NCBI GenBank assembly: GCA_002689445.1
Contig: NZGC01000084.1
Span: 8,723 to 72,722 of the forward strand
Length of the DNA: 64,000 bases
Reading direction: 5' to 3'
Origin: Gammaproteobacteria bacterium
GTDB taxonomy: Bacteria > Pseudomonadota > Gammaproteobacteria > Pseudomonadales > Azotimanducaceae
Part shown: one piece after another, positions 48,107 through 58,120 of the stretch
Position numbering within the stretch: the first letter of the stretch is position 1
How the letters are laid out: every line of letters begins with the position of its first letter
Translations under genes and position numbers: made by a program
The notes under the pieces: generated by a model
Told to the model about the DNA's origin: nothing
The model's database searches: none
The model's input: the letters and a program-made list of their open reading frames with translations, nothing else

Positions 48107-49762
48107 ATGGATACAATCATTAGAAACGGAATCATTGCCGATGGAACCGGAGCGCCTTTATACACCGCCGATATCGCAATCAAAGGCGATAAAATTATCG
48201 AAATTGGAGCAATTGTTGGCCAGGCCGATCAGGAAATCGATGCAACCGGAAAAATCGTCAGTCCTGGTTTCATTGATCCGCATACCCACTTCGATGCGCA
48301 ACTGCTTTGGGATGGTGCCGCAAAACCCGCCATTGCACATGGCGTTACCACCATTGTTCCTGGCAATTGCTCATTATCTTTAGCACCGCTGAAAGCAGAA
48401 CATCGGATGAAACTTGTCGGCATGTTCAACCAAATTGAAGAGATGCCTCACAAAGCCTTTTCAGAGGGCGTCACCTGGGATTGGGAGACCTTCGACGAAT
48501 ACATCACCCGCATTCGTCGAGATCTCTCGATCAACGTCGCTCCCCTGGTTGGGCACAGTTTACTGCGGCTATGGGTCATGAATGACGCAGCCATGGAACG
48601 AGCCGCAACGCCTGAAGAGATGGCGGACATGGCGTCTTTGTTAGCCGATTGCATTAACGCCGGCGCTGTTGGCCTTTCCACCAGTTTTGTCGACATGGAT
48701 GAGCGATTACAACCTGTACCCTCTCGATACGCTTGCACGACTGAACTCGATACCCTGTGTCAGGTGCTCGCAGACAACAATAAGCTACTACAAGTCGTTC
48801 ATGAGTTTTTCGACACCGATCTGACCTTAGCAAGAGTTGATCAGCTAGCAGAACTGAGCCTCAAGTTCGGTATTACCACCACCTTATCACCGCTGTTTTT
48901 AAATCCAGACAACCGTAGCGGTGTTGCTGCTGTCATGCAGCGCGTTGACGAACAAATGCAGCGAGGGGCCAAGGTGTGGCCACAGGTTCAAACACGCCCA
49001 ATCGACATTAGCTTTTCGTTTGCAGTACCCAGCTTGCTGTTTATTCGGCTTCCAACCTGGTATGCCCTAATGCGCTTTAGTGACCCTCAGGATATCAAGG
49101 CGGCCTTTATGAATCCCGAGCAACGAGCCGCTCTTGTCCAAGAGGCCAGCAGTATGATGCCACTGTGGTCGGCCTTGGTTTTGCGCCGAGTCAACAGTCA
49201 AGAAAACGCTCCTCTGATTGGAAAGACACTGGCTGAAGTGGCCCAACTGCGTGGCACCAACGCTCTTGAAGTCATGATCGATTTATCTCTAGAAGAAGAT
49301 TTAGACGCGCACTTCCTCGCTGCCGATATGGGACACAACGACGATCAGGGTGTAGGGGACCTACTGAATCAATCCAATGTCATGATCGGGGCAAGCGACG
49401 GTGGCGCTCACATCCTATCCTTCTCGACTTACGGCGACACGGGCTACTTGTTTTCTAAGTTTGTCCGAGATTGTGCAGCCTTAACCATTGAGAAGGCCGT
49501 TCAAAAGCTGACTTCGGAACCCGCAGCGATTTGGGGTATTGCAGACCGAGGACAAATAAAACCTGGATTCGTGGCAGACATCACCATATTTGATGCAGAA
49601 AAGATCGCACGTGGTGAAGAATACTACACTCAGGATGTCCCCGGTGAAGGCTATAGGTACGTCAGAGATGCAAAAGGGGTAAGCCAAGTTCTCATCAGCG
49701 GCGCCGTTGCTTATGATGAGTATGGTGGCTATTCCGAAGCCCGAACCGGTAAAATCGTTTAA
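48107..49762 (+). CDS. Amidohydrolase, N-acyl-D-amino-acid deacylase (D-aminoacylase)-like
   Basis: 551 aa with 'SPGFIDPHTHFD' metal-binding motif and an N-terminal beta-sandwich 'IIRNG.I.DGTG'. GAGGAG lies upstream. Confidence 0.8.
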   Translation: MDTIIRNGIIADGTGAPLYTADIAIKGDKIIEIGAIVGQADQEIDATGKIVSPGFIDPHTHFDAQLLWDGAAKPAIAHGVTTIVPGNCSLSLAPLKAEHRMKLVGMFNQIEEMPHKAFSEGVTWDWETFDEYITRIRRDLSINVAPLVGHSLLRLWVMNDAAMERAATPEEMADMASLLADCINAGAVGLSTSFVDMDERLQPVPSRYACTTELDTLCQVLADNNKLLQVVHEFFDTDLTLARVDQLAELSLKFGITTTLSPLFLNPDNRSGVAAVMQRVDEQMQRGAKVWPQVQTRPIDISFSFAVPSLLFIRLPTWYALMRFSDPQDIKAAFMNPEQRAALVQEASSMMPLWSALVLRRVNSQENAPLIGKTLAEVAQLRGTNALEVMIDLSLEEDLDAHFLAADMGHNDDQGVGDLLNQSNVMIGASDGGAHILSFSTYGDTGYLFSKFVRDCAALTIEKAVQKLTSEPAAIWGIADRGQIKPGFVADITIFDAEKIARGEEYYTQDVPGEGYRYVRDAKGVSQVLISGAVAYDEYGGYSEARTGKIV

Positions 49763-49958
49763 GGCACAGGCGCTGATTACTCTACCATCAGCGCCACTAG
49801 CGATGGAGTTGATGTTGAGCAACGCTTGGCCCTTTATTGTTGCCCCGATAGGATCGGTAATCCTAACAATCTGGGAATTTCAGGTACAATATCCAGGCAT
49901 CCGCTAACCGCTGCGAGACATTTGGTCGAGTAACGAGGCCCGTTAGGACAAAGACCCT

Positions 49959-51485
49959 ATGAATACACAAGAAGCGTTAAAGAACATCGCAATTGTTGGC
50001 GCCGGCATTTGTGGATTGTGCACAGCGCTTGGCCTGTCTAAACAGGGACACGAGATTACGGTCTACGAGCGAGATGATCCGATGCCTGCGGGTGATCCAG
50101 ACGAAATATTTTTCGATTGGCTAAGACGAGGGGCCTCCCAATTCAAGCACCCGCACGCCTTTCTTGCCGTGATGAGCAATCTGCTCACCCAGCAGTTTCC
50201 AGACTTAATCGAAGAATTTTGGTCAGCTGGGGCTAGGAAAGTCAGTTTCGAAGACATGTTGCCACCGACGCTCGCCCGCCAATATGAAGCCGCACCTGAA
50301 GATTCCACACTGTGGTTACTGATGTGTCGCAGGGCGACTATGGAGATGGTCTTACGGCGCTACGCGGAACGCCAGACTAATATTACCTTTGAATCCGGCA
50401 CCCGAATCAACGCGATGGTCATTGAGCGTCAGGGACCGGTGCCGACCATTACCGGACTCGTCAAGCAGGAGAGATCAGGCACCACGCCACCGAAAACCGT
50501 TGCAGCGGATATCGTGATCGACGCTGCTGGCCGAGGCAGTCCTTTCAAGAAATGGTTTCAGCAGGAAGGTTTGCCGATCGACACCGAAAGTCATGATGCG
50601 GAAATCGTCTATTACACTCGGCATTATCAGTTTAAACCGGGCATTGAAGAACCCAAAAGAGATCACAAAACTCGATCGGCGGGCGATCTGGGTTATCTGA
50701 AATACGGAGTATTTCCTGGTTCTGGTGGGCATTTCTCAGTGATCTTATGCGTTCCTTGTGATGACCAACCCCTCTATGAGGCGGTCAAAGATGACGAGTC
50801 GTTTGACCGCATCTGTCTACAAATCCCGGGGCTTGTACCTTGGTTGGGCGATGACAAAGCCGTGGCAACGACTCCTACCTTAGGCATGGGCAACATCAAG
50901 GCGGTCTGGAGCGACTTCCGGGAAAATGGCGCCCCTCTACTACTCAATTACTTTGCCGTCGGCGATGCCGCGGTGCGAACCAACCCTTTGTACGGCCGGG
51001 GCTGCAGCACCGGCGCCATCCACAGCAAAATTCTGATTGATGTGATCGAAAACTGGCAGGACCCGGTTACTGCGGCCAACGACTTCCATGAGGCAACCCA
51101 AGCCCAATTGCGGCCTATTTGGCAGGCCAGCCTCGATGAAGATCGTGCCGCCATCAAGCGAGCGAAAGCCATTTTACAAAAACACGCTCTATCGGAATCC
51201 AATGGCTTCAGCAAACGCTTGAGCAAGCGCCTGATCAGCGCCTATGGCAATGCCATTACTAAGGCCTCCCAACAACACTTGCGCGTATTTAGAGGCGCTT
51301 TTCGTACCTTTAACTTAATGGAGCCCCCCGGAGCGTTCCTAAAAGACTTTCAAACCCAATGCTTAATTCTATGGACCCTCATCAAAGATGGTGGAGCCAA
51401 CAAGAACATTCGCATTGTTCCTGGGCCGGATCGAGCAGAGATGATCGATGCCATCGCCATCACTCGCGAAAAAGCCGCCGCCTAA
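49959..51485 (+). CDS. FAD-dependent oxidoreductase/monooxygenase
   Basis: 508 aa with 'IAIVGAGICGLCTALGL' and 'VGDAA...NPLYGRG'. Confidence 0.7.
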   Translation: MNTQEALKNIAIVGAGICGLCTALGLSKQGHEITVYERDDPMPAGDPDEIFFDWLRRGASQFKHPHAFLAVMSNLLTQQFPDLIEEFWSAGARKVSFEDMLPPTLARQYEAAPEDSTLWLLMCRRATMEMVLRRYAERQTNITFESGTRINAMVIERQGPVPTITGLVKQERSGTTPPKTVAADIVIDAAGRGSPFKKWFQQEGLPIDTESHDAEIVYYTRHYQFKPGIEEPKRDHKTRSAGDLGYLKYGVFPGSGGHFSVILCVPCDDQPLYEAVKDDESFDRICLQIPGLVPWLGDDKAVATTPTLGMGNIKAVWSDFRENGAPLLLNYFAVGDAAVRTNPLYGRGCSTGAIHSKILIDVIENWQDPVTAANDFHEATQAQLRPIWQASLDEDRAAIKRAKAILQKHALSESNGFSKRLSKRLISAYGNAITKASQQHLRVFRGAFRTFNLMEPPGAFLKDFQTQCLILWTLIKDGGANKNIRIVPGPDRAEMIDAIAITREKAAA

Positions 51486-51538
51486 ATAGGTCCCGTGAGA
51501 GGTCAAGTCTTGTTGTGGGTTAACCGCTTGAGCAAACT

Positions 51539-52375
51539 ATGAAAATCACTCCGATTACCCCAACTATTGGCGCAGAAATTACCGGTATTGACCTTGAGCA
51601 GCCGCTATCAGATCACAGTTGGCAGGCTATTGCACGGGCCTTTGCCGACCACCATGTTCTGGTTTTTCGCGATCAAGTATTGTCTCGAGAGAGCCATAAA
51701 GCCTTTGCTCGCCGATTTGGAGAAATCCATATTCACCCTTCGAAAAAACATGCCAAAACCACGCAAGACCCTGAGTTTTTTTTAATCGATATTAAGCCCG
51801 ACGACAAAGGCAGCAATGGCGAAGTTTGGCATGCGGATATCACCTGCGAGCAGCAACCGCCTTATGCCTCGTTACTGTACATTACTGAAGTACCTAAGAA
51901 CGGGGGCGGTGATACCCTGTTTGCCAATATGCATGACGCCTTCGATGAGTTATCGCCCTCGATGCAGGCCTATCTTGGAGGTCAGCAAGCGTTCCACGAT
52001 GGAGAACAAGACCTCAGACGATACGGTATACGATTGAAGCCAGGCCAATACTATCCTGCCCATGCTCATCCTGTGGTCGTTGTCCACCCCTTCACAGGAA
52101 GGCCTGTGTTGTATGTCAACGAGGCGTTTACGTCGCATCTACTCGAGATGCCTTTGTTTGAAAGCAATCTCATCCTCAACGGCCTGTACGACCGCATACG
52201 CAGTAACCCGAGACTCCATTGCCGTGTCCAATGGACGCCAAATATGCTCACCTTATGGGACAACTACAGTGTGCAGCACCAAGCGGTGTTTGATTATCAA
52301 GGTTACCGCCGTTACGGAGAACGCATTACGGTTTCAAGTCCTGCTACGCCCAAAGCCTACAGCGCAGCATCCTAA
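51539..52375 (+). CDS. TauD/TfdA-family Fe(II)/2-oxoglutarate dioxygenase (second copy)
   Basis: 278 aa with 'GEVWHADITC' (HxD) and 'LWDNYSVQH'. Confidence 0.85.
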   Translation: MKITPITPTIGAEITGIDLEQPLSDHSWQAIARAFADHHVLVFRDQVLSRESHKAFARRFGEIHIHPSKKHAKTTQDPEFFLIDIKPDDKGSNGEVWHADITCEQQPPYASLLYITEVPKNGGGDTLFANMHDAFDELSPSMQAYLGGQQAFHDGEQDLRRYGIRLKPGQYYPAHAHPVVVVHPFTGRPVLYVNEAFTSHLLEMPLFESNLILNGLYDRIRSNPRLHCRVQWTPNMLTLWDNYSVQHQAVFDYQGYRRYGERITVSSPATPKAYSAAS

Positions 52376-52483
52376 CTACCAGACCCATAAGCTGAGCGCC
52401 AACCTCGTTATTGCCTGATTGATAAGGTTCCTTAAGACGATAGCCACCCCTTAGGGTGGGCGTGATGCAGCCACCGACCCCTT

Positions 52484-53959
52484 TCACGCAATTCTGTGTT
52501 CGTACTGGCTGTTCAACAGGCTGATGCGGTCTTTTAACTCGATGTCGGTAATGCCGGAAGCTCGGCCCAATCGATGCCAATCTGAGCCAGCTCCGACAGG
52601 CGACCACTGTTCGCTTTCAATCAAAGCCCTCGGTTGCTGGGTCTCGGCAAACGATATCCAAGCCTGACGCAATCGCCGTCCCCAGTCGGCCAGAGCGGTG
52701 CCAGGCAACGAAACCTCCGCTTCAAAGAGCAAAAAGGCATCGAAACCATGCGGTGTGCCCAGCTTTGGCTCGTCACCCACGGCGACATCAAGGTAATAAC
52801 GATAGGCCGTTCCACCCCTGCGGCCTATTGCCTCGGTCAACTTCCAGCTAGAGAACAGATAACGCTGATCACCAAATAAGCGTTTGACCACAACCTCTTC
52901 GTCGATCTCACTCGCATACGCCGAGCGCCAGGCGGCTTGGTAATTATCCCAATATCGTCGATAGCGCTCAGGATCGAGCTGATAACTCGGCATCACTGAG
53001 CCATCGAAACTATTGGCTCCCGCCAAGTAAGGGACAGCCTGCATTTGACCTTGCTCAAAACCCATCCCAGGTTCTTCAGCAATGACTGAGCCATCTACGA
53101 TGGGCCGCTGAAACCCTCGCTGACCAGAGACAATTTGACCCGCGTTGACCCCCAAGAGCTCAGCCAGTGTTGAAGCGGCGGCTCCCGCTCTCCGTAAAGT
53201 CTGTGTTGCAGCAACTTCGGCAACTTCTGCGCTCTGACCCATCAGATCAAGAGGACTCCCCTCACCGGGATTAGCCCTTAACAGAGGCCAAGTGCCGTAC
53301 CCACTTTGCGCAATCGCTTGGTGAAACAAACCCGCAGCGCTTTGCATTACCATCAGCAAATTGACTGCCTGCCCTCCTGCGGATACCCCGAATATAGAGA
53401 CGTTATTCGGATCACCACCAAAAGCTTCAATATTGTCACGAACCCAACGCAGTGCTTCAACGAGGTCCAAAAGTCCAAAGTTTGCCGAATGATCGTCAAG
53501 CGCTTGATGGCTCATAAAGCCAAGCAGCCCCAACCGATAGTTGGGAGCGACCAAGACAACGCCCGCTTTCGCGAACACGGAACCCCGACAGCGATTGGAA
53601 CCTTGGCAGAAGCCGCCTCCATGGATCCAGACCATCACCGGTGCCGCCTTCGCATCTTTGGGGCACCATACATTCAGATTTAGGCAGCCTTCATCCATCT
53701 CGGCCGCGGACGCGCTATCCCCGCTGATTTGAGGCGCCATGGGACCGAATGCCGTGGCGTCCCCGACGAATCGACTGGGTGAGGTGATGGGTTCAGGCGC
53801 CCTCCAACGACGACTGGCGACAGGTTGCTTGGCGTAAGGGATGCCGGCGAAAGTCTGGTAACCTGCATTCCCTCGCCCGCGAAACCGGCCTTGGGCTAAC
53901 TGAACCGTCGGCTCCTTCCCGGCGATCAAGCGGTTCGACCTGCGCAGACTTTGGCGCAT
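52484..53959 (-). CDS. Type-B carboxylesterase/lipase
   Basis: 491 aa with 'VWIHGGGF' oxyanion region and the nucleophile elbow 'FGVSAGG'. Confidence 0.85.
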   Translation of the reverse strand: MRQSLRRSNRLIAGKEPTVQLAQGRFRGRGNAGYQTFAGIPYAKQPVASRRWRAPEPITSPSRFVGDATAFGPMAPQISGDSASAAEMDEGCLNLNVWCPKDAKAAPVMVWIHGGGFCQGSNRCRGSVFAKAGVVLVAPNYRLGLLGFMSHQALDDHSANFGLLDLVEALRWVRDNIEAFGGDPNNVSIFGVSAGGQAVNLLMVMQSAAGLFHQAIAQSGYGTWPLLRANPGEGSPLDLMGQSAEVAEVAATQTLRRAGAAASTLAELLGVNAGQIVSGQRGFQRPIVDGSVIAEEPGMGFEQGQMQAVPYLAGANSFDGSVMPSYQLDPERYRRYWDNYQAAWRSAYASEIDEEVVVKRLFGDQRYLFSSWKLTEAIGRRGGTAYRYYLDVAVGDEPKLGTPHGFDAFLLFEAEVSLPGTALADWGRRLRQAWISFAETQQPRALIESEQWSPVGAGSDWHRLGRASGITDIELKDRISLLNSQYEHRIA

Positions 53960-54012
53960 CGATGCATTGGCAGCAAACCGTTTTGCTCGATGCGCCGCGT
54001 CATCTCAACCGG

Positions 54013-54333
54013 CTAACTCTTCGGCACCCAGCCAGCACACCAGCCTGGTCCCGCGACCAAACGATTCTGAAACAACTGACACGGCGCCCATGCAGCATTA
54101 GCGTCATCAGTTACATAGAAGCGGCAATTACTACAGAGCTGGTCAGCTGCTGCGACTCCCATTTTATCGGCCCGCTTTGCCAGATTCGCATCTTCTACGT
54201 AGCGAAGCGCCTTAGCGGCTGGGTCATCGAGGGGCACCTTTGTCGCGGCGAGGCTCTCGAAACTCGTGATCGGGACTAATGGAATCAAGGCAAGGGCGCT
54301 GCTTTGCTTTAGAAATGAACGGCGGGGGGTCAT
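54013..54333 (-). CDS. High-potential iron-sulfur protein (HiPIP), Tat-exported
   Basis: Twin-arginine signal 'MTPRRSFLKQSSALA'. Cys pattern 'CSNCRFY...C.....GWCAGW'. I chose the start at ATG 54333 because AAGGAG lies 7 nt upstream. The longest ORF reaches 54372. Confidence 0.8.
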   Translation of the reverse strand: MTPRRSFLKQSSALALIPLVPITSFESLAATKVPLDDPAAKALRYVEDANLAKRADKMGVAAADQLCSNCRFYVTDDANAAWAPCQLFQNRLVAGPGWCAGWVPKS

Positions 54334-54427
54334 TGTTACTCTCCTTGTTGTCATGGGAACTCGCCCACTCATTATTCGTTACTAGCGTATTTTAGATCGC
54401 TTAACTGGACTAAATCCAAACAATCGG

Positions 54428-55576
54428 CTAAACCCGTACGGGCGAAGCACTCATCACAATCGTGCCACTGGCGGCAAACATGCCCCCCACTCCATGGCAG
54501 ACTGAAATTTCAACATCATCAATTTGCGCGGCGGCCGTACCTCTAACTTGTCGCACGCTTTCTTGCAAAGCATACATGCCGTACATGCCAGAATGCATAT
54601 AACTCAGACCGCCGCCATTGGTATTCAAAGGCAGTGAACCGCCCGGCGCAGTCGCTCCCGATTCAATCAGGGCACCCGCTTCTCCCCGCTGACAAAACCC
54701 TAAATCCTCAAGTCCATACAGCGGCAAATGGGCAAAGGCATCATAGATCATCAGATGATCAACATCCTTGTGCTCAATACCCGCGGTTAAAAATGCTCGT
54801 GCTCCAGCCATTTTAAACGCCCTGGAAGAGGTCAAATCGATCATTTGACTGATCATTGGGGTTTCAGTGCTCTCACCTGAGCCCAAGAGATATACCGGCT
54901 TTTGAGGAAAATCTTTCGCTCTTTCTGCTGCCACTAGAATCAGGGCGCCGCCACCATCCGTCACTAAACAGCACATTGACTTGGTAAACGGGTAAGCAAT
55001 CATTCGATCAGCCAACACTTCGTCAACGGTCGTTGGTGTTTGCAATGTTGCCCTTGGATTCAAGGTAGCCCATTGCCGCTGACTCACCGCGACCGAGGCC
55101 AACTGTTCCTGGGTCGTACCCGTATCCTTTAAAAATCTAAGCACCGGCAGGGTAAAGGTGGTGGTCGGTCCCATGCCCCCGTAAGGAGCCTCAAACTGCC
55201 CTGCCAGAGAAGCTGGTGCACTACCCCAACCGGCGCGGCCAACCTGGGACCGTCCGCTTTCTCCATGGGTGATCAAGACCGTCTGACAAAGGCCCGATTC
55301 GATGGCGGCCATTGCATGTCGAACATGCAACATAAAACTGCAGCCTCCGACCGCCGTACCATCAACCCAATTGGGGGCAATCCCTAAATAATGCGCAATC
55401 GCGGTCGGGGATTCGCCTGCCGTTGCCACACCGTCAATATCTGTCAGTTTGAGGCCTGCATCCTCGATCGCGTTAAGAGCTGCATCTGCGTGCAACTGAA
55501 TTTGGCTCATACCTGGAATCTTGCCGAGTTCAGTGGTCTCCGCTGCACCTACGATTGCTACCTTCGCCCTTGCCAT
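54428..55576 (-). CDS. Thiolase-fold protein (SCP-x / lipid-transfer-type)
   Basis: 383 aa with 'VGGCSF' in the active-site Cys region and 'NTNGGGLS'. ATG 55576 overlaps the TGA of the upstream DUF35 gene (TGATG). Confidence 0.85.
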   Translation of the reverse strand: MARAKVAIVGAAETTELGKIPGMSQIQLHADAALNAIEDAGLKLTDIDGVATAGESPTAIAHYLGIAPNWVDGTAVGGCSFMLHVRHAMAAIESGLCQTVLITHGESGRSQVGRAGWGSAPASLAGQFEAPYGGMGPTTTFTLPVLRFLKDTGTTQEQLASVAVSQRQWATLNPRATLQTPTTVDEVLADRMIAYPFTKSMCCLVTDGGGALILVAAERAKDFPQKPVYLLGSGESTETPMISQMIDLTSSRAFKMAGARAFLTAGIEHKDVDHLMIYDAFAHLPLYGLEDLGFCQRGEAGALIESGATAPGGSLPLNTNGGGLSYMHSGMYGMYALQESVRQVRGTAAAQIDDVEISVCHGVGGMFAASGTIVMSASPVRV

Positions 55577-55992
55577 CACTCAGCTCCCGAGGGTTGAAAA
55601 TAGGGCAGAACAATGCCATCGCGACAGGCTCGAAAAACCACTTGTAGGGGCATATCTAAGATCAAAGCCTCTGGGGTTTGATCGACCTGCAAGATATTCG
55701 ACATCATTGTCACCCCTTCTTCCAGGCCCACAATCGCAATCGCATAGGGACCCTCGAAAGCCGGGTGTGGACGGTGATTAATCACATAACTCAACAACCG
55801 GCCTCGCCCGCTGGCCACAATGACAGAAACTGAGCGAGAACCACAGTTCGGACAAAAAGGACGAGGTGGGAAATAAACTGTCTGACACTGGTTACACTGC
55901 TGCAACCGTAACTCACCCGCAGCGGTGCCCTCATAAAAATGTGCGGTCTCGGGCGTGGGTTTCGGCACTGTGACGAGACTGAAGTCAATCAT
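55576..55992 (-). CDS. Zn-ribbon/OB-fold protein (DUF35), partner of the thiolase
   Basis: 138 aa with rubredoxin-like 'CNQCQTVYFPPRPFCPNCGS'. Confidence 0.85.
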   Translation of the reverse strand: MIDFSLVTVPKPTPETAHFYEGTAAGELRLQQCNQCQTVYFPPRPFCPNCGSRSVSVIVASGRGRLLSYVINHRPHPAFEGPYAIAIVGLEEGVTMMSNILQVDQTPEALILDMPLQVVFRACRDGIVLPYFQPSGAE

Positions 55993-56472
55993 GGCAAACG
56001 CTCAACATCGTATCCCTAATAATGGGGTCAATGAACATCATATTACGAACTTCCGTATTCAATCTAAGGCTGGCTTCAGACCCATTATTATACCACTTCA
56101 ATCTTCCAAAGAGTGTCGCGATCAAGCGCGGCTATGGGCACAAAGGCCGTTTGGCAGCTCGTTCGAAGCGGATTTAACGCGCTACGTCTATATAGCACTC
56201 CACCGCCTGAGGGGCTTGAGCGAGCCGCTACTCGATATCAAGATCAATCAAGCCCTAACTACGTCAGGCGTTCACACTAGCGCATCTGTTAGGAAGTCGC
56301 ACCTCACCTCGGGCGGGCTTAACCGCCTGCTTTGTCGGCTCACCCTTACCTTTCATCACCTTTTCGAAATTTTAACGAATCGACGAGTTGCCGCCTGTGA
56401 GATCTATCGGTCATTTTTCGTCAAGGTGCTCTAAAGCTCGGGCAGCGGGCTCAACCTGCCTCACCCTCTAAT

Positions 56473-56488
56473 GGGATGCTATCATCCC
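56473..56488. promoter_or_regulatory. Perfect palindrome GGGATG-CTAT-CATCCC upstream of the SDR-LLM pair
   Basis: Read directly from the sequence. It ends 2 nt before the 15-bp tandem duplication. Confidence 0.3.
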
Positions 56489-56490
56489 TA

Positions 56491-56520
56491 AAAACCATCA
56501 GATCAAAAACCATCAGATCA
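56491..56520. repeat. Perfect tandem duplication of a 15-mer (AAAACCATCAGATCA x2)
   Basis: Units at 56491-56505 and 56506-56520. The repeat ends 10 nt before the ATG at 56531. Confidence 0.9.
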
Positions 56521-56530
56521 AAGGCGGACT

Positions 56531-57271
56531 ATGTTAACGAACCTTAAGGGTCGAATTATTTGGGTTACCGGCGCTTCATCCGGCATCGGCGCCGCAGCGG
56601 CGAAGCGCCTCAGTCAAGCGGGCGCTATTGTTGTTCTCTCGGGCCGCCGATCTGAACGCCTTCAGGCATTATCTGAAACGCTTCCTGGTGAAAATCGGGT
56701 TGAACCCCTCGACATCAGTGATCAATCCGCCGTTAGGTCAGTGCTTGAACGTATCCTCGACGCTTTCGGTCGACTCGATATTCTTGTTCATAGTGCTGGA
56801 CTCAACGTTCGCGCGAGGGAATTAAAACTGCTCAGCACCAGCGATTGGAATACCGTAATCGACGTAAACTTAAATGGCGCTTTTTATTGCTGCCATGCGG
56901 TATTGCCCATCATGCAGGCACAACAAGAGGGACTCATCATCAATATCTCATCCTGGGCCGGGCGTTTTGTCAGTCGCGTGTCCGGTGCCGCCTATTCAAC
57001 CGCAAAACACGGCTTAAACGCCATGACGGAGAGCATCAATCAACAATATTGCGCCGACGGTATTCGCGCCTCAGCCATTTGCCCTGGTGAGGTTGCAACA
57101 GAGATTCTCGACGCTAGGCCGCAGCCAGTTAGTGCTGAAGATCGTGCAAAAATGGTGCAGCCAGAGGATCTAGGCGATCTCATTTTATATGTATGCCAGA
57201 CCCCTCGACACGTCTGCCTCAACGAAATTACCATAAGCCCAACTTGGAACAGAGGATATATTGGCCGATGA
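56531..57271 (+). CDS. SDR oxidoreductase
   Basis: 246 aa with 'VTGASSGIGAAAA' and 'YSTAKHG'. Confidence 0.9.
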   Translation: MLTNLKGRIIWVTGASSGIGAAAAKRLSQAGAIVVLSGRRSERLQALSETLPGENRVEPLDISDQSAVRSVLERILDAFGRLDILVHSAGLNVRARELKLLSTSDWNTVIDVNLNGAFYCCHAVLPIMQAQQEGLIINISSWAGRFVSRVSGAAYSTAKHGLNAMTESINQQYCADGIRASAICPGEVATEILDARPQPVSAEDRAKMVQPEDLGDLILYVCQTPRHVCLNEITISPTWNRGYIGR

Positions 57272-58119
57272 AACCCTTCGCGATCGGGGTCATGATTTTC
57301 CCCACTCACACCACCATCGGCCCCAGAGCCTTGGCCGAAGCATTGGAAGCAAGAGGGTTCGAGTCCTTGTTTGTACCCGAGCACACTCAAATCCCCACTG
57401 CCCGCACCTCCCCTTGGCCAGGAGGCGACGTTCTGCCTTCTGAGTACTACAACACATTTGATCCTTTTGTCTGGTTGGCCATCGCAGCTGCAGCCAGTGA
57501 AACACTGAAACTTGGCACCGGAATTTGTCTGCTGCCGCAGCGTGATACGTTGGTGACGGCCAAGGCCGTCGCTAGCCTTGATCGGTTATCGAATGGGCGA
57601 CTTCTCTTTGGCGTCGGTGCGGGTTGGAATGCTGAGGAAATGGCACAGCACGGCACGCAATTTTCAACCCGTTTTAAAAAGCTAGAAGAGCAATTGCATG
57701 CTCTCAAAGGACTTTGGACGACCGAAGCATTTGCTTATGAGGGTCAGCACGTGGCTTTCGAGGAAACAATATCTTCACCCAAGCCCGTCCAAATCGGTGG
57801 TCCGCCAATCCTAATCGGCGGCGAGACCGACCATACCCTGCGTCGAATCGCCAAATTGGGTCAGGGCTGGCTACCTCGAGCCCGCCATGGGTTTGATGCT
57901 GCGGCGAACTTAGCTCGGTTACGACGTATTTGCGATGCGGAGGAGCGTCCTATGAGCGATATCAGCACCTCTGTCTTTGGTGCGCCTGCTGATCTGGCAA
58001 CCCTTGAAGCCTATATGGAAGCGGGTGTCGACCGAGCGCTTCTGCCCTTAGCTTCGACATCAGAGTCTGAAGTGCTTTATCGGCTGGATCACTACGCTAA
58101 AGTGCTAGACACTTTTTGA
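57268..58119 (+). CDS. LLM-class (probable F420-dependent) oxidoreductase
   Basis: 'GFESLFVPEHT' and 'NGRLLFGVGAGW'. ATG 57268 overlaps the SDR stop (ATGA). The track ORF's upstream extension overlaps the SDR gene. Confidence 0.85.
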   Translation: MKPFAIGVMIFPTHTTIGPRALAEALEARGFESLFVPEHTQIPTARTSPWPGGDVLPSEYYNTFDPFVWLAIAAAASETLKLGTGICLLPQRDTLVTAKAVASLDRLSNGRLLFGVGAGWNAEEMAQHGTQFSTRFKKLEEQLHALKGLWTTEAFAYEGQHVAFEETISSPKPVQIGGPPILIGGETDHTLRRIAKLGQGWLPRARHGFDAAANLARLRRICDAEERPMSDISTSVFGAPADLATLEAYMEAGVDRALLPLASTSESEVLYRLDHYAKVLDTF

Positions 58120-58120
58120 T

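Noticed and set aside
55955-56434. 159-aa plus-strand ORF in the gap upstream of the SDR-LLM pair
   Set aside because: It has no recognisable motif and its composition is basic and irregular. Its 5' end overlaps the DUF35 gene start. It may be real, but I cannot support it, so it is mentioned under the gap finding instead.
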